A DNA stretch of 64,000 nucleotides, from NCBI GenBank assembly GCA_951406725.2, contig OX597820.1, positions 38,378,001 through 38,442,000 of the forward strand, given 5' to 3'. Under the pieces are notes generated by a model. That model made no database searches and had not been told where the DNA came from. It saw only the letters and a program-made list of their open reading frames with translations. The position numbers were made by a program, and so were the translations under genes. Shown here one piece after another: positions 1 to 14,545 of this stretch; the first letter of the stretch is position 1, and the number at the start of each line of letters is the position of its first letter. This DNA comes from Octopus vulgaris. Taxonomy: Eukaryota.

Positions 1-193
1 CTGGCGCGATCTTTAGTACGCTGGACAAAACTTTTTGCGGCATTCCGTCCGTCCTTACGTTCAGACTCTACCGAGATCGACTTTGCCTTCCATCCTTTCG
101 GGGTCAATAAAATAAGTACCACTTGAACGCTGATATACAACCACAATCCCCATCGAACTTACTAGCCTTGCGCAAATCTCTGAAATCAATATT
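1..193 (+). mobile_element. tRNA-derived SINE, family A, decayed copy
   Basis: Central block ccgagatcgactttgccttccatcctttcggggtcaataaaataagtacc matches the better-preserved copies at 9188-9395 and 42651-42882. Confidence 0.65.
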
Positions 194-207
194 CTGGGGA
201 AATGAAG

Positions 208-424
208 CCGGGGAGATGGCAGGATCGTAAGCACCTTGGACAAAATGCTTGGCAGCATTTCGTCCTTCTTTACGTTCTCAGTTTATATTTCACCGAGGTT
301 GACTTTGCGGTTTATCCTTTCGGGGTCGATGATATAAGCATCAATCGTGCACTTGGGTCGATGTAATCGACAAGCTACCCCACGAAAAAGTCCATGTCCT
401 TCGCCAATAGTGAAAAAAAAATAT
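208..424 (+). mobile_element. SINE family A, second adjacent decayed copy
   Basis: Same head and central block (ccgaggttgactttgcggtttatcctttcggggtcgat...gggtcgatgtaatcgac). Confidence 0.65.
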
Positions 425-1391
425 CACTGGTAAATCAAAGAACGTCAGGGCATTATTTACTCATTTTCGTGCTAACACTGGGTTTTTCTGTGTAAATAAT
501 ATATTACAACTGTTTCGTTTCAGTACATTCAATTATTTCTTTAAACAGAGTTCGCTTTATTAATCGATTTAGGACAGTTTACAGCAACTTGTGTATAACA
601 TGCTTGTCACTGTTCAGTCTTGACCGAAATAATACCAAGTACTACGGCTAGCGCACAGATATCGAACTACTTCTGTCGGGAAATGTAGCTAATATACCTT
701 ATTCTTTCATTTTGTACTGTATTTATAGGACTGTAAGGATCGCTTTTTTGTGCTGACATTTGCAAAAACATATCCAGCTCTCAAGATTTGTAAACAGAGT
801 TGCATGTGTCACATATACCACGGGTTAACCATCCGTTCTCTATCGATTGGTATATTTCTGACATATACTCCATGATCTATTCTCATAATTTTTCTTAAAA
901 CGTTGTAGCTATCTGTGACAAGATACAACTTAGTATAACTTTAACTTTCTCTACAGGAAATGAATCAGAGTTAGCGTTGCCTTTACTTACTGTAGCCTGC
1001 CCCTTGGCATATCATACACGATTCAGACTGTTCCAATGTCCTAGGAGGCGGATATCGCGCATATTATTTTATAACTTAGTGTAATTAATTTTACGCCGAT
1101 GTATTTGGAGCTGTTTATTACGGGCTTTCGCTGGGATCCATCAGGTCATATCTACAAACAGTGGCTGGCAGCGCAGGAAATAACTATCGATGCTGTGATA
1201 CCAGCTAAGAGTGTAGAACAAATGACCTATGTACTCGTAGGTTACGACTAAATAGTTCATCCCTCAAATCAAACTCAGCGTGAAATAATATCGACTCATA
1301 GCTGAAAGAGTGGAGCAAAGTTTTAATCATATGTTTACCTACCATTATTAATGCTGTAGGTAAGGGGGCAAGCTGGCAAACTTGTTAGCAC

Positions 1392-1730
1392 AATGTGCGC
1401 CAGAGAAGAAAAAAGAGCAATGACTCGATTCCTCTGGTCTGAAATTGTGTCGGGTACTGAAATTGATCGGAGCCTTTCAAGACAATAAGGAGGATAGTGC
1501 ACTACGGCGTAGATGTCTCAGTAGTTTGAGAAGTTCAAAAGTGGCTGGACATGCATGATGCACGAAGAGGGATTAGGACGCACGTGAACCTCTACCACTG
1601 ACGAGAAGATTCAGCAAGCTCGAAAGATAATAATGGTGAACCAGCAAGATATCGTCGATGAGGTAGCTCGTTCTCTGCAGATTTATCCTGGTTCTGAGCT
1701 CGGCTTCCATTAAGTCTGTGCATGATGATT
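1392..1730 (+). pseudogene. mariner transposase N-terminal (HTH) fragment
   Basis: Manual translation across stops and frameshifts: EEKRAMTRFLWSEIVSGTEIDRSL...FEKFKSG...TSTTDEKIQQARKII, typical of a mariner N-terminus. Confidence 0.7.
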
Positions 1731-1789
1731 TTTTGTACTTCCCCTCGTATATATGTGTGTATGTGTGTGTATGTGTTTGTTTGTAGTGC

Positions 1790-1831
<42 letters not shown>

Positions 1832-1833
<2 letters not shown>

Positions 1834-2057
1834 CTCTTTTACTCTTTTACTTGTTTCAGTCATTTGACTGCGGCCATGCTGGAGCACCGCCTTTAGTCGA
1901 GCAAATCGACCCCGGGACTTATTCTTTGTAAGCCCAGTACTTATTCTATCGGTCTCTTTTGCCGAACCGCTAAGTGACGGGGACGTAAACACACCAGCAT
2001 CGGTTGTCAAGCAATGCTAGGGGGTCAAACACAGACACACAAACACACACACACACG

Positions 2058-2120
<63 letters not shown>

Positions 2121-2275
2121 GACATGCTTCTTTCAGTTTCCGTCTACCAAATCCACTCGCATTGGTCGGCACGGGGCTATAGCAGAAGACGCTTGCCCAA
2201 GATGCCACGCAGTAGGACTGAACCCGGAACCATGTGGTTGGTTAGAGAGCTACTTACCACACAGCCACTCCTGCG

Positions 2276-2278
<3 letters not shown>
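1832..2278 (-). mobile_element. tRNA-derived SINE, family B (CORE-like; resembles octopus OR-type SINEs), near full length
   Basis: Minus-strand head aggcgcaggagtggctgtgtggtaag (A box) ... gggttcagtcct (B box), CORE-like cttgggcaag, internal (TA)/(TG) microsatellite, gagtaaaa-repeat tail; homologous copy at 47855-48255. Confidence 0.85.
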
Positions 2279-2323
<45 letters not shown>

Positions 2324-2529
2324 ATAAAACAAGACTGGGAGGATAAGAAGACGGAACGAAGCGAAAATTCGAACGAACCATGACGCGAAGCACTGTCAGA
2401 CAATAGTGTAATAAATAAAATATATGCATACATACAAACGTACATGTACGTACCGACATCTACATGTATATATACATGCATATATAAATATATATACGTA
2501 CAGGACACCACAAAAAGAATATATATATA

Positions 2530-2734
2530 TAACGGGAAGGTTTACGAAAATAAACAAAAGACGAAGGCAGGTGGTGTACAAACAAACAATTGTATTAGTA
2601 TGGCGCTCAGGAACAGAAATAAAACAAGTCTTTTACGTTTCGAGCCTACGCTCTTCGACAGAAAGATACACAGAAAAGAAACAAGGAGAGAAAAAAATGC
2701 GTGTAGGAGCTAACGGTCCATCATGGCGTTCTGA
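2530..2734 (-). mobile_element. Short ORF-less HHR-bearing element (PLE 3'-end or retrozyme-like), family H2
   Basis: Bounded by (TA)n; homologous to 46071-46234 and more distantly to 8940-9115; contains a hammerhead-like motif. Confidence 0.6.
2629..2666 (-). ncRNA. Minimal type I hammerhead-like motif with variant core
   Basis: Minus strand reads ucuuu-CUGUCGA-A-GAGC guag GCUC-GAAA-CG-UA-aaaga: stem I ucuuu/aaaga, stem II GAGC/GCUC, palindromic ACGU in place of stem III. Confidence 0.55.
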
Positions 2735-2769
2735 TATATATATGTATATATATATATATATATATTTAT

Positions 2770-2822
<53 letters not shown>

Positions 2823-4304
2823 TAAATATATCTATATACATATATACATGTATGTGTGTATATCACACACATAGATACACACATACACACATAGAGTTAT
2901 GTATATATAAATATAGGCATATGTATGAAGGTATGACTGTCTATGTGTATGCGTGTGCGTGCATGTATCTCAGGTTTTACTTCATAATGTTTTCTATATA
3001 AAGACACATTCTGTCATCTAATCTTTGTTAATGATTCGTCCCTTTGACATGCCATAGAATATCCACTAATCTACACCATTTCATTCGATAATTATAGATC
3101 TGTTAGTGGACAATGACCGCCATTCGGAATCTGCGCTAAATTTGCACATCCATCCAATTATATTGAACGTGGATCTAGACTCTCTCACTGAATAACCATA
3201 GAACAGAAATCTGAAGTAAGAGATAACTTGTTTTATATAACTTATATAATGCTTATTTTGTATGGAAAATCTAGATCAAAATCATTTCCAAACTCGAAGC
3301 GATTTGCCGTTTGTGAGTACAATCACAAATGAACATTTATGACGATTACCTAGAAATCTCTTAGTCAATATCCTATCATAAATGATGTATTCCTTTTTAC
3401 AGGCAGATAACAGCATATTTCCCACCCACATGTTGTTTGTCACTACTGATAAAGTACTCATTTCTTCGTAGCAGCTTTTAACAGCCCCAACAAATCTCCT
3501 GAATGCATCAATCTGCCGTATTATTCCAGGGAATTGGCAGAGCAGAAATGGCATCAAACGAAATAATCTATAACATTTATTCCGGCATCTTGCATCCTGA
3601 TTTCAAAACCCGCTGAGGAAAGTTTTGCCTTTCATCTTGTTCTGTGTTGTACCTGTGTAGAGTAGCTGAAAATTGAGACTTTCGATAAATCGAGCGACGT
3701 GTCGTCTGGTATTTGTTTCAGCTCTTTATGATCTGGTTTTTAAACTTAATACATCACCCTCATTTTAACGTCACCAACTTGCTTGTAACATCTTCTATAT
3801 TGCATGTAATCAGGTGAATGTCACCAACCTCAAAGTCCTGAAAATACCGTGACCAATGCCTACCACATGGCTATGCATTGAAAAAATGTTACACATTTAA
3901 GATGATGTTCCCCATCCCAAACTGTACATGCTGTCTACATGTGCAAAAAAGACCATCTTTCTGATGCGTAAGCTTTCATTCAGCAACATATTTAAGTCCA
4001 CTGACCAACGAACCTGGGGAGCCTCTGTGTGTGTACATTTTTCTCCTAAATATAGCAGCGATTTCCCCCAAAAACGACACCCTGCGCCCTCATCCCCCAA
4101 AAAGCGATAGACTGAGAAAAAAGGAAGTTAGGAAGTTCACGTTTGACTACTTTTGGCCATAAGATTAATTCATAGTTTAATTAGGGCTAACAAAACCAGA
4201 GCAATATATCAAAGAAGCATTTGAAAACTAAGTGCGATTTAAATTTGATTTTTATAGCTTTTGAATTGTTATGAGTGAATGTGGAAGATAGTAATAATTA
4301 TATT

Positions 4305-4422
4305 ATTCTATTATAGCCTCAGGTCGACCAAAGCCTTGTGAGTGGATTTGGTAGACGAAAACTGAAAGAAGCCCATCGTATTTATATATATATATATATA
4401 TGTCTATGTATACACACACACA

Positions 4423-4472
<50 letters not shown>

Positions 4473-4505
4473 CGTCCGTGCGTTTGTGTGCATGTTTATC
4501 CTCCA
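4305..4505 (+). mobile_element. SINE family B fragment
   Basis: ccaaagccttgtgagtggatttggtagacgaaaactgaaagaagcccatcg followed by (TA)/(TG) tracts, as in other family B copies. Confidence 0.7.
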
Positions 4506-4895
4506 CCATTTTTATGTACAGGTTTCATTTCATTTTAATATTTGTATACGTAATATAATCGGTATTTTTCCTTAGAGGACGGAAAAAATTAGCCAGCAGA
4601 AGGCTATGGAGAATCGATCTCTGTATCACTTAAATACTGGCTGAAAGCCTCTGACCCACCAATTGCCATCAATTTTAATACTAATAAATAACTTTTTGAA
4701 ATATGGGAAAAGTTTGTGAACAACCTTTATAAAAGCTTACCTGATGTGAGAAACTGCATAGATTGATGCAACAAAATTAGAAGCATAAAATCCTACTCAT
4801 AACGGACGGTTGTAGGATGAGTGGTAACGAACGTCGTACTGAATAAAGATTAGTACCAAATGTATCTTCCGTTTCCTTCATCAAAACAATTATTA

Positions 4896-4972
<77 letters not shown>

Positions 4973-7414
4973 GTCAGTAACATTTAACTTTTGTAATGAT
5001 ACGCAGCCTTCTTATATAGTTTGATATACCTTGATCAACTATATGTTAAAAAAATCATTGAATTGTTTATTCGATAATCAACAATATATTCAATATTAAG
5101 TTTGAAAAGAAAAAAAATGGAAGACAAATATTCCGGCCCTCCTTGTATATATATTTTATCGATTTTGTTGATGAGAGATATTGTATTCTCTATCAATTCA
5201 GCAATTTCATACATATTATGTTATAACCAAAAAAACTCATCTGTAAAATACGACAAATGCTGGTTATAATTCTTTCAAAAAAAAATTAATAATATTTATA
5301 TTTTATTTATCTATTGATATTATAGATAAGGTCATAAACCTTATCTATAACCATTTTGTACACAAAATTTATCTATAACATCATGTATGGCCAATTTGTG
5401 TAATTGTTATAGCAATAGCTATCTCTAAGTTTAGCATGACGTCACGCATTTGTAGAGAAGCGGTACACTGTATTTAATAAGTCCTATTGTATTACTGGTG
5501 CATAAATACTTACTCCTCTTACAGTTAATTCCATAAAGTTAACTATTCACAATCAAAAAATGTCCCAGAATATAATTGAGTAAGGCAGCCAGATATTCTA
5601 CTACCCTTACAGTTCAGTCATAGTAATTATAGGGTGCATAACTTGACACATATAACATTGAAAATGTCAAAGGAATTTATAATTATGTAATTACATCCCT
5701 ATAAAAAAACGTACATAAACACTCACATAAATGCTGAATAGAATATATACATGCACAGACGCGTAGGCAAGCACACACATGAAAACATACCATCATAGGT
5801 TCAAGAACAGATAGCTATCTTGTTAATAAGGAAGATTTTGTACCGTTGTTCATCATGAGAAAAGGGCACATGGAGTCATGTGTAAGGGAAGAATTGATAC
5901 GTTCCGAATAGGGAACAATCGTAGAACCAGTGCTGTCTGATAATCGAGATACGTTTAACAGCATGGTGTGTGAGTGTTTTTGTTTTTTTATCGGGCGTAT
6001 ATCGCCAGAGGAAGGAAAATTTAAATATTTTCTTCACGGCGCTGTGCTATTCTGCCGTGAAAGTAGAGCGAATGATTGTACAGCGTCAATCAGTTGGAAC
6101 CACAGCGAGATCTGGATTGCAGGTTTGATGAAATATATTTGGTCTACTCTCTCTCTCTCTCTCACGTTCCTACAAGCTTATTATGCCGGATCTTGAGCAA
6201 GTTTCTCTGCCACATTAGGAACTGACAGTAAGACACTCCTCAGTTGAACGGAATAATATTCATGTATATTTACACGTCTTGATGCGGGCACGTGATTTTC
6301 TCTTAGCAGAAGTGCAGCAATGAGAAATGAAGTGATTTATTCAAGAATGCAACGGATCGCCTAGTTTGAAAATGAAGAGGTTCTACTCATACTCGTCTAA
6401 TTATTGCTTCTGACATAACATAACTATTACAATATTAGTCAATGCTTCCATCCGTTTTAAGACGCTATGCTATGTTGAAAAAATATCGTTCCTTCACAAG
6501 CGCATTCTGTGAATAACCGTTCACCTACTTTTCCTTTCTAGGAGAAATTATCTTTCTATTTAATGGCAGCGCATAATTTGAGGAAGATTTCATTACTAAT
6601 TCTACCAGTTCAAATAACCCAGAGACGTTCTCTCCCTAGCACATATAATATCACTGTGTATCACGAGGGTGCGACGTGTGTTCGGCTGCAGACAACTGTA
6701 ATACCTCGCTACATGTTGAGTTTTGCTATCGTATTAAGTTATTCAATCTTATGAAATAGTATTTCAAGAATATTACATGATCGCTTTCTACGAATAATTA
6801 CTTTACACCTGTCAAAATCAATTTGACTGTAAGTCTTTCCTAGGTAATCAGTTACATTCATATTGCTGTATAGTGTGGCAGATAAAACTTACATATAAGC
6901 ATAAAAACACATGAGTACACATACACACATACATACACAATCACACACACATGTATATATGTATGTCTCTCTCTATATATATGCATGTATATATATATGT
7001 ATATATATATATATATATATAGGGAAAGTTTACATATATATATATATGTATTATGTGTGTGTATGTGCGTATATTCTTTTATTCTTTTACTTGTTTCAAT
7101 CATTCAACTGCAAACAGAACAGATATTGTATATCGAGAGAAGAGGAGGCAGTCAGAATTTTGGATATTTTCTTATTATTAGCACTTACGTCCGTTTGAAC
7201 GGACTTTCAACAAAAGACTTACAATCAAAATGATAGCGACAAAAACAGACCGTTTCCTTGTTCTCTTATGTGTCGTTTTTTGCTCTATTTTTAGCTTGTT
7301 CTTAAATGAATGTTTAAACACAACAAAACTTATATATAAATTTTACCCGCCACTCTCAGAACATTTCGTGTCCACGGGATACAATGCTACAGAGTATTGC
7401 ATCAGTATATATAT

Positions 7415-8935
<1,521 letters not shown>

Positions 8936-8939
8936 TTTG

Positions 8940-9115
8940 GATCGTTGGCGATTTTTTTCCTCCATTTTCCTTTCCTCTTGGACTTTCGTCTATCTCGTGT
9001 TTCTGACGAAGAGTTTTGCTCGAAACATAAAAACACCTTTCTCTCCTTCCCTGAGCGTCTGCTAATAATTTGCATGTACCGCGTCCTCGCGTATTTTTCT
9101 TCTTGGTTCTTCATT
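8940..9115 (+). mobile_element. Short HHR-bearing element related to family H2
   Basis: Shares the HHR and the downstream cctgagcg...ctaata...gtac segment with the reverse complement of 2530-2734. Confidence 0.55.
8997..9036 (+). ncRNA. Minimal type I hammerhead motif
   Basis: guguuu-CUGACGA-A-GAG uuuug CUC-GAAA-CA-UA-a-aaacac: canonical CUGANGA and GAAA boxes; stem I guguuu/aaacac with one extra A. Confidence 0.6.
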
Positions 9116-9133
9116 ATATACACACATGCAGAA

Positions 9134-9187
<54 letters not shown>

Positions 9188-9189
<2 letters not shown>

Positions 9190-9394
9190 CTTTACTACCC
9201 ACAAGGGGCTAAACACAGAGGGGACAAACAAGGACAGACAAAGGGATTACGTCGACTACATCGACCCCAGTGCGTAACTGGTACTTAATTTATCGACCCC
9301 GAAAGGATGAAAGGCAAAGTCGACCTCGGCGGAATTTGAACACGGAACGTAACGACAGACGAATTTCGCCCGGCGTGCTAACGTTTCTACCAGC

Positions 9395-9395
<1 letters not shown>
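9188..9395 (-). mobile_element. SINE family A
   Basis: Reverse complement of the family A body (ccgccgaggtcgactttgcctttcatcctttcggggtcgataaattaagtaccagttacgcactggggtcgatgt). Confidence 0.85.
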
Positions 9396-9440
<45 letters not shown>

Positions 9441-10167
9441 CATACACACACACACATATATATATATATTTATGCATGTATGTATACAGAGACAAGAATA
9501 ACCTAATTAATAATAGATTAGACCTTAGAATATCCTGCGTGCATAGCATCATACACACATTTAATTATTTGGGAAACAAATAATATTATATTCATCAGAC
9601 TTTGAATTTGTTTATAGAAATTATCTGTTATATCTTTCATAACATAACCTGTATTGTAGTAAATTATATATAATATATAATATTGCACACATAGCATCCT
9701 TACCAGTTTAGTCTGCATTCATCCTATACGATGATTACACAGTTTTTTCTTAAATTGCAAAGCTCTCTGCCCTACCCGTCCGAATAGGTATATTTTGTAA
9801 TGAGGTATCATATAATACGCCTCCCTTAGGTGTACTCCATACCCATTAGGAACTATATAATTCTACATATGACAATGCCTGCAATATTGCATTTTGTAAA
9901 ACCGGATCCAATGGTATCTTCTTTACATATGTTTTAATTTGATGTGTTAGGAATACCTCAACCTATCCTTATTATTTACTTACTTATTTCATTTTTTATT
10001 ATTATTACATTTTGTTATTTTTAAAATGTTGTTTTCTTATTAGTTTTATATTTTATTTCTTCTTTATTTTGTCATCCTTTATAACTCCGTATATCCAGTA
10101 TGTATCTTATGGATTCAGCTATGAAAAATTTTTAATCCTATTTTATCATTTTATAAATCCCTTATTG

Positions 10168-10202
<35 letters not shown>

Positions 10203-11273
10203 TTTCATTTTATTGTTTGGCGTATTTCATATATTCTTTTAGTTTATATTCTATATATTATTATTTTGTATACCTATTTACCCGCGTATATACTGGTATA
10301 ACATTCTATGGTTTGCGTAGGAGTTGTAACTTCTCTCAGCAGCTAAGCATGGTGAGATATAATGCAATATGTTACTTATATTTATATTTTTTTAGTTACT
10401 TATAATAACATTTTATAATTATAATATATTCTTTACTTGCAGAATTGCCCGGCGATGCTCGGGGCTGAGTTGCTATAAAGTGCTGTTAATGATTGCACTA
10501 AATTATGATGATTATTGAGGCAAATATTGATATACGTTTACGGCAAATGAATGTATTTGTAAGTGTATAGAAAGCCGTGTAAAGGGGTTCCTAACCCCTC
10601 GTAGAATGGTGTAAGAATTGAATGCGAGGTTACCTTGAAAAGAGCCATCTTATTGTTCTCATAATTGTAAGAATTTGATAGTCGTGGAAGGCGGTGTAAA
10701 ACGTTCGCAGGTGAATAGGGTCTCTTCGTTTTCCACGAACGGCAGCGGATGTGCTGTTACAAAACTTCCTGCTGTGTTAAAAGAGAATGGATGCCCTATG
10801 TAGGCAAGAGGAGAATGAAGCATGGGTAAGTAAATATGGGTAATTTATAAAATATAGAACAATAGCATCTACTCACCATATGTCAGAACGGCAAGACTGT
10901 AGTGGCGCTGGATAGATGAATCATAACACAGTGGTGGAGATGTTTTCATTGATGGGCGTTATGATTAAATTTGTTGTTGTATAAAATGATCTGTTGCTTA
11001 GTTTCCAAATTGTATGTTGCGATCGTGTTGTCGCTTATGTAAACTTTAACAGTGATAGTGTAGATGTAGGGGGTAGATGTGACATGTACGTTGGATATAG
11101 AAGATGAGGCTGGTGGTTTGATGATGAATGGATAGAAATAGAGGTGAGCGAAGTACATGTGTTGGTTAAGTGTGAATTAATGTCATGAAACGCCTAAAAA
11201 TGTAAATGCCATCATAAAAGAGAGTCGTATGTAAGTGAAATACTAACGTGTTCGAAAATGGTGAAACGTAATC

Positions 11274-12720
11274 CTATAAAACATCCTTGTACACAATGTT
11301 CTTTTGTTTTTCGTTGTGGAACGAATGCGAAAGCATCACTGTTGCTGCCGACACGCGAGCAGGCAACATAAATCTGACCATGAGAAAAACATGGCTCTCC
11401 CAAATGTATTCCCGCCACAGACAGTGTTTGACCCTGCGCTTTGTTAATTGACATTGCGAAACATGGCCTTACTGGGAACTGGGACCTCCGAAATATGAAA
11501 GTTAGGTCTGCTCCTGATGAGAAAAGATGCATCCTAGGTATGAGCACAACGTTGCCTCGACCGCACCCTGGGATAATGGTGGCCTCAATCAGATTGGGAG
11601 ATAAGGACTTAACGATGAAACGTGTGCCGTTGCATTGTTTTGGGGGAACCAAATTTCTAATGAGCATTATAGGGACACCAACTTTAAGTTTGAGTATATG
11701 TGGTGTTAGTCCGGGGGGCTCAAAGGAATTGAGTACCTTTATTGGATAGTTGATGACGTCCTCTGGGTCAGGAGTTGTATCGATAGACTTATATACATAG
11801 ATATCTCCAGGAATGAGTTTTAGCATTTCATCATTAATATGGTGAACAGTTTTATTCCTTGGGGCCAGAATAGCCCTTTGGCCAATCCAATCCATATTCT
11901 GATAATTAGCTTGTAGATCTGGGAACACTGCATCTCTGAGATCAGAGCGTTTTAACAATGGTACAAATGGAATCGATGGCAATATTACCATTTTCATCCC
12001 CTGGTATTTTGCCTTCGCCAAGTGCAAGGAGGGTGTGAGAAAATGCTGCTGATGTGATATCACGTCGCATATGAGCACGCATATTGGTGTGAAGTTTGAG
12101 AGTCTTCACCAGTGGCCATAATGTGGATGACTTAAGACACGCACTTACTGCATCAACTGTAGTCCCTTTGGGAATAACGGGAAGTGTTTGTCAGAAGTCC
12201 CCTGAAAGAAGAAGTGTTATGCCTCCCATGGGAGCTGAAGAGTGTTTGATGTCTCTGAGAGATCTATCTAGTGCCTCAAGAGCACGTCTGTGGGCCATCG
12301 TGCATTCATCCCAAATGTTAAGCTTGCATCGTCTGAAGACTTCTGCCTGATCGGAGCTGTTACTGATGTTGCAATTTGGTGTCTCAGTCTTCGCTAAGTC
12401 AAGCGGGAGCTTGAAAGTGGAGTGAGCTGTCCTGCCGCCTGGCAACAAAGTAGCCGCAATTCCAGATGATGCCACAGCTAGGGTAATGCCTTGTGTTCGC
12501 CTAATCTCAGCCAGTATTAATTTGTTGACAAAAGTTTTCCCAGTGCCCCCAGGAGCATCCAGGAAAAAAATCCCCCCAGCTTTGGCCCGGACTGAATTAA
12601 CAACGGAGTTGTAAGCAAACTTCTGTTCTGGAAGGAGCTTTGGCTCATTGTCGGCTATGTACTCGGCAAGCTCGTCAACATTAAAACGTGTCTCTCGCAG
12701 CAAATGTGAAGACAGAGTGT
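11274..12720 (-). pseudogene. PIF1-family (Helitron) DNA helicase, disrupted
   Basis: Motifs FFLDAPGGTGKTF, VASSGIAATLLPGGRTAHSTFKLP, IWDECTM, LSGDF*Q (premature TGA at 12191-12193), AILAPRN, NGTR, QFPVRPCFAMSINKAQGQTL, HGQIYVACSRV; frameshifted terminus KNIVYKDVL*. Confidence 0.9.
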
Positions 12721-12726
12721 TTGTGC

Positions 12727-12816
12727 CTACACATGCCAAGTCACCACACAGTGGGACTGAACCCAGGACCATGTGTTTGGAACGTAGTTTGTTACCACAC
12801 AGCCACACCTGCCCCT
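12727..12816 (-). mobile_element. SINE family B head, nested in the Helitron
   Basis: Minus strand ggggcaggtgtggctgtgtggtaac...gggttcagtcccactgtgtgg, abutting the point where helicase homology stops. Confidence 0.7.
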
Positions 12817-13939
12817 ATGTATGTGTGTGTGTGTGTGTACGTAAGTGTGTATGGGTAGATATATTATGCATGTATATATGTGTATATATATATGTGTACA
12901 TATTACATGTACATCTATATATATACATCTACACATAAAATAGAAAATACAAAGTTATATCTTGATATCGCTAGTGATAACAATACTCAAAATATATAAC
13001 AGACTGGAATTGTAGGCCTGTCTCTTGCAATTTCGATCAATTGGATCTTGTCCTCCCTCTTGTATAGAAGTGTACGGCTGCAGCGAAATTCATTTTTGGA
13101 CTTTCTTCTATCGAAGGCATTTTCACAAAAATGCTTCCGTAAAGACGGTGAAAATATTGTCAATTTCCCCAAACAGGGACACAATTCAATTTTTAAACAA
13201 TAACCAAAGCCCCTTCTCCGAAAGGGGGAGGGTTAGGGTTTACAATTATTTAACAAATGCAACACAACAACGTTTCCCTGGCGAGTAACCAACAAACATG
13301 ATTACAATAGTCAAACAGTAATAATAATAAAAACAAACCTTTTAAAATTATCCCCATTTATGTGAAACCGCTTATTCAAGTCCAAGTCATTGATGGAATT
13401 TTATACGAATTGCTAATACACACACACACATAATAAGGGTGAAAAATTGAATATTAATTTGATTAATATGAACTGAAAACCAGTGGTGTAGTATATAAGA
13501 CCATACCGGATCTTCCTCTTGCAAAAAGGATGACCAGTATTAATGGCTCAACCCTGTTATATAAATACTTTCACTTTAATAGTTTCACACTTGCAAAGAG
13601 AAAGTAGGAGAAAGTGTGGTGGTAATAGCAGGAGTTAACCACTTGAAATGAGAGAGGCAAATCGTAAAATATTGCGTTTTCTCAAATTTTTGCTTAATTG
13701 GGGGTCAAATTGAAAAAACTTTACATGCCATGACCCAATCGAATCTACTTGGAAAAATCATAGGTAAATTCCAATTGAAGAAATTCTATATTGTAGAATT
13801 GTATTAAAAAGAAACATGGGAACAGGCAGAGAAAATCTGCCTTTTATCATAAGAGATATATACATAAAACCTATATTATGCATCCGAAGATGGCGGTGTA
13901 TTTCAAATTGATATAAGGCTTGCATTGTTCGTTTAAATG

Positions 13940-14135
13940 GAGCCGCCTGAAACGAATGTATGGCACTAATACCTTGACATCCTTTTCTTTCTGAGTTCAA
14001 AATCTGCCGAGGTCGACTTTGCCTTTCATACATTTGTGGTCGATAATTTAAGTACCAGTTGCGTACTGGGTCGATCTAATCGACTAGTCTCCTTCCTTAA
14101 AATTTCTGGTCTTGTACCTAGAGTAGAAAAGAATA
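13940..14135 (+). mobile_element. SINE family A
   Basis: ctgagttcaaaatctgccgaggtcgactttgcctttcat...gtcgataatttaagtaccagttgcgtactgggtcgatctaatcgact. Confidence 0.75.
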
Positions 14136-14248
14136 TCATGATATACTTTTTACTTATTTGCTTTTTATTCACCTTACTTCTAACTCTGCGAATAATACCG
14201 GACTGATTTGGTGCCTCAACTTAAGTATTTAATTCAGCTGAATCTTAA

Positions 14249-14266
14249 TATCTATCTATCTATCTG

Positions 14267-14333
<67 letters not shown>

Positions 14334-14379
14334 GTCTACCTACCTACCTATCTATCTGTCTACCTACCTACCTACCTAC

Positions 14380-14445
<66 letters not shown>

Positions 14446-14491
14446 GTCTACCTACCTACCTACCTATCTATCTATCTGCCTACCTACTTAC

Positions 14492-14530
<39 letters not shown>

Positions 14531-14545
14531 ACTATCTATCTATCT
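14249..14545. repeat. (TATC)n/(TACC)n tetranucleotide microsatellite
   Basis: Directly visible. Confidence 0.95.

Larger units (their letters stand above)
10436..13856 (-). mobile_element. Helitron, internally deleted (helicase present, Rep/HUH domain not seen)
   Basis: Minus strand begins A|TC at 13856; ends with GC hairpin gccccgagcatcgccgggc then CAAG|T (one mismatch from CTAG); PIF1-like helicase lies on the same strand. Confidence 0.75.

Noticed and set aside
3780-4111. Coding-like segment behind a strong minus-strand acceptor
   Set aside because: No recognisable protein family; RT-like hints fall on opposite strands and there is no clear donor.
9518-9920. Possible decayed GIY-YIG/PLE fragment on the minus strand
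   Set aside because: Only a vague resemblance (IIYY...TDNFYKQI); the YIG motif is absent.
11274-12720. Host PIF1 gene
   Set aside because: Intronless, with a stop and frameshifts, and enclosed by Helitron-type termini.
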